Below are positions 34,225 to 36,524 of a stretch of 36,524 nucleotides of DNA, piece after piece (within the stretch, counting starts at the first letter, position 1; each line of letters begins with the position of its first letter). Source of the stretch: a virus (taxonomy: Duplodnaviria; Caudoviricetes); IMG/VR virus record IMGVR_UViG_3300012667_000174, positions 1 through 36,524 of that record; one strand, written 5' to 3'. The notes under the pieces were generated by a model. The model made no database searches. It was not told where the DNA came from and saw only the letters and a list, made by a program, of their open reading frames with translations. The translations under genes were made by a program, and so were the position numbers.

Positions 34225-34458
34225 TTACTCCAATACTGGTAATGATGCTGCTTTAAGCTCATCTAATGTTGTCATTGTATCTACTTGACTAGTAGCATCT
34301 CTTAATACTTGCTTTTTAGCTTCTATTTCATTAAGTAGTTCTTGATTGTTAAAGTTACGAAGCATTTGAACATCTAGTGATTCTAATAAAGGTTTACGTT
34401 CTGTACGAAGTCTATCTTTAGTAATATTTTTAGCTTTATCAAAGTTAATTGTAATCAT
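34225..34458 (-). CDS. Tail-fibre assembly chaperone-like protein (second small ORF)
   Basis: MITINFDKAK...RLRTERKPLLESLDV...KKQVLRD; start revised to the ATG at 34458 (ATGA overlap). Confidence 0.65.
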   Translation of the reverse strand: MITINFDKAKNITKDRLRTERKPLLESLDVQMLRNFNNQELLNEIEAKKQVLRDATSQVDTMTTLDELKAASLPVLE

Positions 34459-34652
34459 GCGGAATACTCCCATGCATTACGAAATTCCCTATCTTCAGGA
34501 ATATCTGATACATCTACAATTTTAAAATCAATTCCAGCAGGTACGTCTTTAGTTGCAATTTCTTCTATTGACATATATTCTAAAGCCTCTGGAGCAGGAA
34601 TAATTATTGATACTCCACCTTCATCATTTGGATAAATAATTCTTTTTTCCAT
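34455..34652 (-). CDS. Tail-fibre assembly chaperone-like protein (first small ORF)
   Basis: IIYPNDEGGVSIIIP...IATKDVP...DIPEDREFRNAW; directly after the fibre gene. Confidence 0.65.
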   Translation of the reverse strand: MEKRIIYPNDEGGVSIIIPAPEALEYMSIEEIATKDVPAGIDFKIVDVSDIPEDREFRNAWEYSA

Positions 34653-34660
34653 AATATTTT

Positions 34661-35947
34661 TTACCTATTAATAGCTACGCTAACAATTGCAGAATCTAAC
34701 CTATTCCCGCTTGTACTAGAAATTGCTACAACTTTAACTTGTGTAGTTGAAAATATTGCAGAATTTGAAGGAATTCCTAAAAACGTATCTCCAGAATCAT
34801 TATCTTGAGCAGTTCCCGACACAGCGTAGTTAGAACCAAGCATTGCAACAGAAAAGTTTACTGTGTAATCACCTGTGCCATTGTCAGTAATGCTAGATAC
34901 ATTTCCACTAGCGCGAATAGCTACTGTACCTGTGCCATTAAAGTTTACCCAAGCACGACATCCAACATCTAACTGCCAACTTCCAAAACTACCATTACTT
35001 ACATTTCGTACCCATCGTTGATACGCTCTATCTTCCCATCCATGAGCATATTGTACTCCCCAATAGTTACTGCTATTACTATGCCTAAAACTTTCTGCAA
35101 ACCACCATCCACCACCAGTAGGACAATTTGTTCCAGAGTTTAAATCAATTTGAGTTGCTGATTGAGCCAAAGTATCTTGAAATTGTGTATTCCAGTTTGA
35201 TGCACTTCCAGAACCTTTCCATTCATAAGCTAAATCCGCAGATGCAGCATTTCCTGTGGTGCTTTGATTCCAAGTTGGAACTGTTCCAGACAAGTTTGCA
35301 TAAGTATAGCCAGTGCAGTTTGTAAGCGTTCCACTTGAAGGAGTTCCTAATGCACCACCTACCGAATATTTACCGTTAAATGTGTTCCAATCGGTAGATG
35401 TTAAATAGCCATTTACTGATGTTGTTGCAGCAGGAATACTAATTGCTGGAGTTGCACCACCACTTGATACTATTGGAGATGTTCCAGTTACGCTTGTTAC
35501 CGTTCCAACATTAATTGACCCACCTAAAGATGTAGATGTTCCATTAATTGTAATTGATGAGTTTGTAAGGCTTGAATTACCAATGTTAGATAGCGTATTT
35601 GATGCACCACTAATAGTTTTATTAGTTAATGTTTGAGCTGTTTCACTATCAACAGATTTCTCAGCAGGATATGTACAGAATACAAACTTAGAACCTGCAC
35701 TAAAGTTTACCAATGAGCCACTATTAGATGATTCTAAAACTGTATCACGAGATAATGTTCCAGCGCCTACTGTACCAATACCAACTTCCCACTCAGAACC
35801 ATTCTGGATGGTGTAATAAGTGGTGTTAGTGTTACCAATAGCACTTGAAAATGTTTGGAATCCTGTTACAGCTCCAGCAAGTGTAAGCGTACCTGTGCCA
35901 GTAGTAGTTGAGGTTTCTTGTACTCTGTCTTTAACTACTAAAGCCAT
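34661..35947 (-). CDS. Tail fibre / receptor-binding protein
   Basis: MALVVKDRVQETSTTTGTG N-terminus, QTLTNKT, GALGTPSSGTLTNCT, knob-like Trp-rich segment, C-terminal RAWVNFNGTG...NVSSITDNGTGDYTVNF. Confidence 0.85.
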   Translation of the reverse strand: MALVVKDRVQETSTTTGTGTLTLAGAVTGFQTFSSAIGNTNTTYYTIQNGSEWEVGIGTVGAGTLSRDTVLESSNSGSLVNFSAGSKFVFCTYPAEKSVDSETAQTLTNKTISGASNTLSNIGNSSLTNSSITINGTSTSLGGSINVGTVTSVTGTSPIVSSGGATPAISIPAATTSVNGYLTSTDWNTFNGKYSVGGALGTPSSGTLTNCTGYTYANLSGTVPTWNQSTTGNAASADLAYEWKGSGSASNWNTQFQDTLAQSATQIDLNSGTNCPTGGGWWFAESFRHSNSSNYWGVQYAHGWEDRAYQRWVRNVSNGSFGSWQLDVGCRAWVNFNGTGTVAIRASGNVSSITDNGTGDYTVNFSVAMLGSNYAVSGTAQDNDSGDTFLGIPSNSAIFSTTQVKVVAISSTSGNRLDSAIVSVAINR

Positions 35948-35956
35948 GTTTTATCC

Positions 35957-36343
35957 TTACGCTAATGTTACTGAAAGTGAGCCTGAAGCAATCTTAAAAA
36001 TGTCGCCTGAATCAATAGTTTTGCTTGCATCTAAAGCAGTATGGTATAAAAGATTACCGCTAGTAGAAGCATCCATAAGACCAATCCAACCAACAGTACC
36101 CCAACTAGCAGTTGCTTGAGGGAAAGTACAATCAGCATTAGATAAAGATGCACCATTAGAAGGTGCGCCAAAAGTAACTGAGGTTCGAGCATAAGAGCCA
36201 CCTGAAACTTCTGTACCTGTGTTAGCGTCTGTAGGGTCGCTTGTGTATAACGCTACATAGATTGTGCTTGGTGATGTATATGATGTGTTACGTAGTGTTG
36301 CGTTAATTAGAGCGTTCTCTAAATAGTTGCTCATTTCAGCCAT
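35957..36343 (-). CDS. Virion structural protein (fibre-base/decoration-like)
   Basis: MSNYLENALIN...YVALYTSDP...EVSGGSYAR...TFPQATASWGTV pattern; AAGGA RBS. Confidence 0.75.
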   Translation of the reverse strand: MAEMSNYLENALINATLRNTSYTSPSTIYVALYTSDPTDANTGTEVSGGSYARTSVTFGAPSNGASLSNADCTFPQATASWGTVGWIGLMDASTSGNLLYHTALDASKTIDSGDIFKIASGSLSVTLA

Positions 36344-36352
36344 GATATGTCC

Positions 36353-36524
36353 TTATCGTAAAGTTACGTTTAATGCTGTGTTAGGGAATTTTTTACCAAT
36401 GTCGCTATTCATAATGTTTAAGATAGCTCTGTCATACATCGTAGCCCATACTTGAATACGTGCATCGTTCATTAAGTAAGGCTCTGCTTCTGCTAGTGTT
36501 GCGTACAATAACGCATCAGGATAG
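36353..36524 (-). CDS. 3' part of the junction-spanning adaptor-like gene
   Basis: ...YPDALLYATLAEAEPYLMNDARIQVWATMYDRAILNIMNSDIGKKFPNTALNVTLR-stop; in frame with 1-492. Confidence 0.75.
   Translation of the reverse strand, partial: YPDALLYATLAEAEPYLMNDARIQVWATMYDRAILNIMNSDIGKKFPNTALNVTLR
36470..36524. repeat. 55-bp terminal direct repeat (copy 2)
   Basis: Identical to 1-55. Confidence 0.97.

Noticed and set aside
34225-34652. Programmed frameshift joining the two chaperone-like ORFs
   Set aside because: The junction is an ordinary ATGA coupling with a GGAG RBS and no slippery heptamer.
34661-35947. Diversity-generating retroelement or invertible segment acting on the fibre
   Set aside because: No reverse transcriptase, template/variable repeat pair or invertase found in the genome.

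Overview
The window is a complete, circularly permuted genome (about 36.47 kb) of an AT-rich tailed dsDNA phage. Bases 1-55 are identical to 36470-36524, and one gene reads across that join. The layout is lambdoid/P22-like. A divergent control region at about 14.9-15.2 kb drives a rightward early operon (small ORFs, excisionase-like HTH, ERF recombinase, SSB-like protein). It also drives a leftward operon: replisome organiser with iterons, split primase Zn-finger and helicase, NinB, RusA and a Q-like antiterminator. A sigma70 late promoter then leads into terminase, portal, scaffold, capsid, podovirus-type tail and ejection genes, and lysis genes. I found no integrase, CI repressor, DNA polymerase, tRNA, CRISPR array or reverse transcriptase. 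The main items missed by the ORF track or otherwise notable are: (1) a 23-codon pqqA gene (PQQ precursor peptide, Methylophilaceae-like) with its own promoter, structured leader and terminator, suggesting a methylotroph host; (2) a c4/CI-like antisense RNA with its cognate target sites where a repressor gene would normally be, plus two more three-way-junction leaders; (3) five putative free-standing homing endonucleases, one lying exactly in the loop of a 15-bp hairpin; (4) a glycosyltransferase/methyltransferase set inside the head operon; (5) a secreted Cys/Pro-rich gene trio beside the lysis genes. All family assignments come from motif recognition by eye, not database searches.
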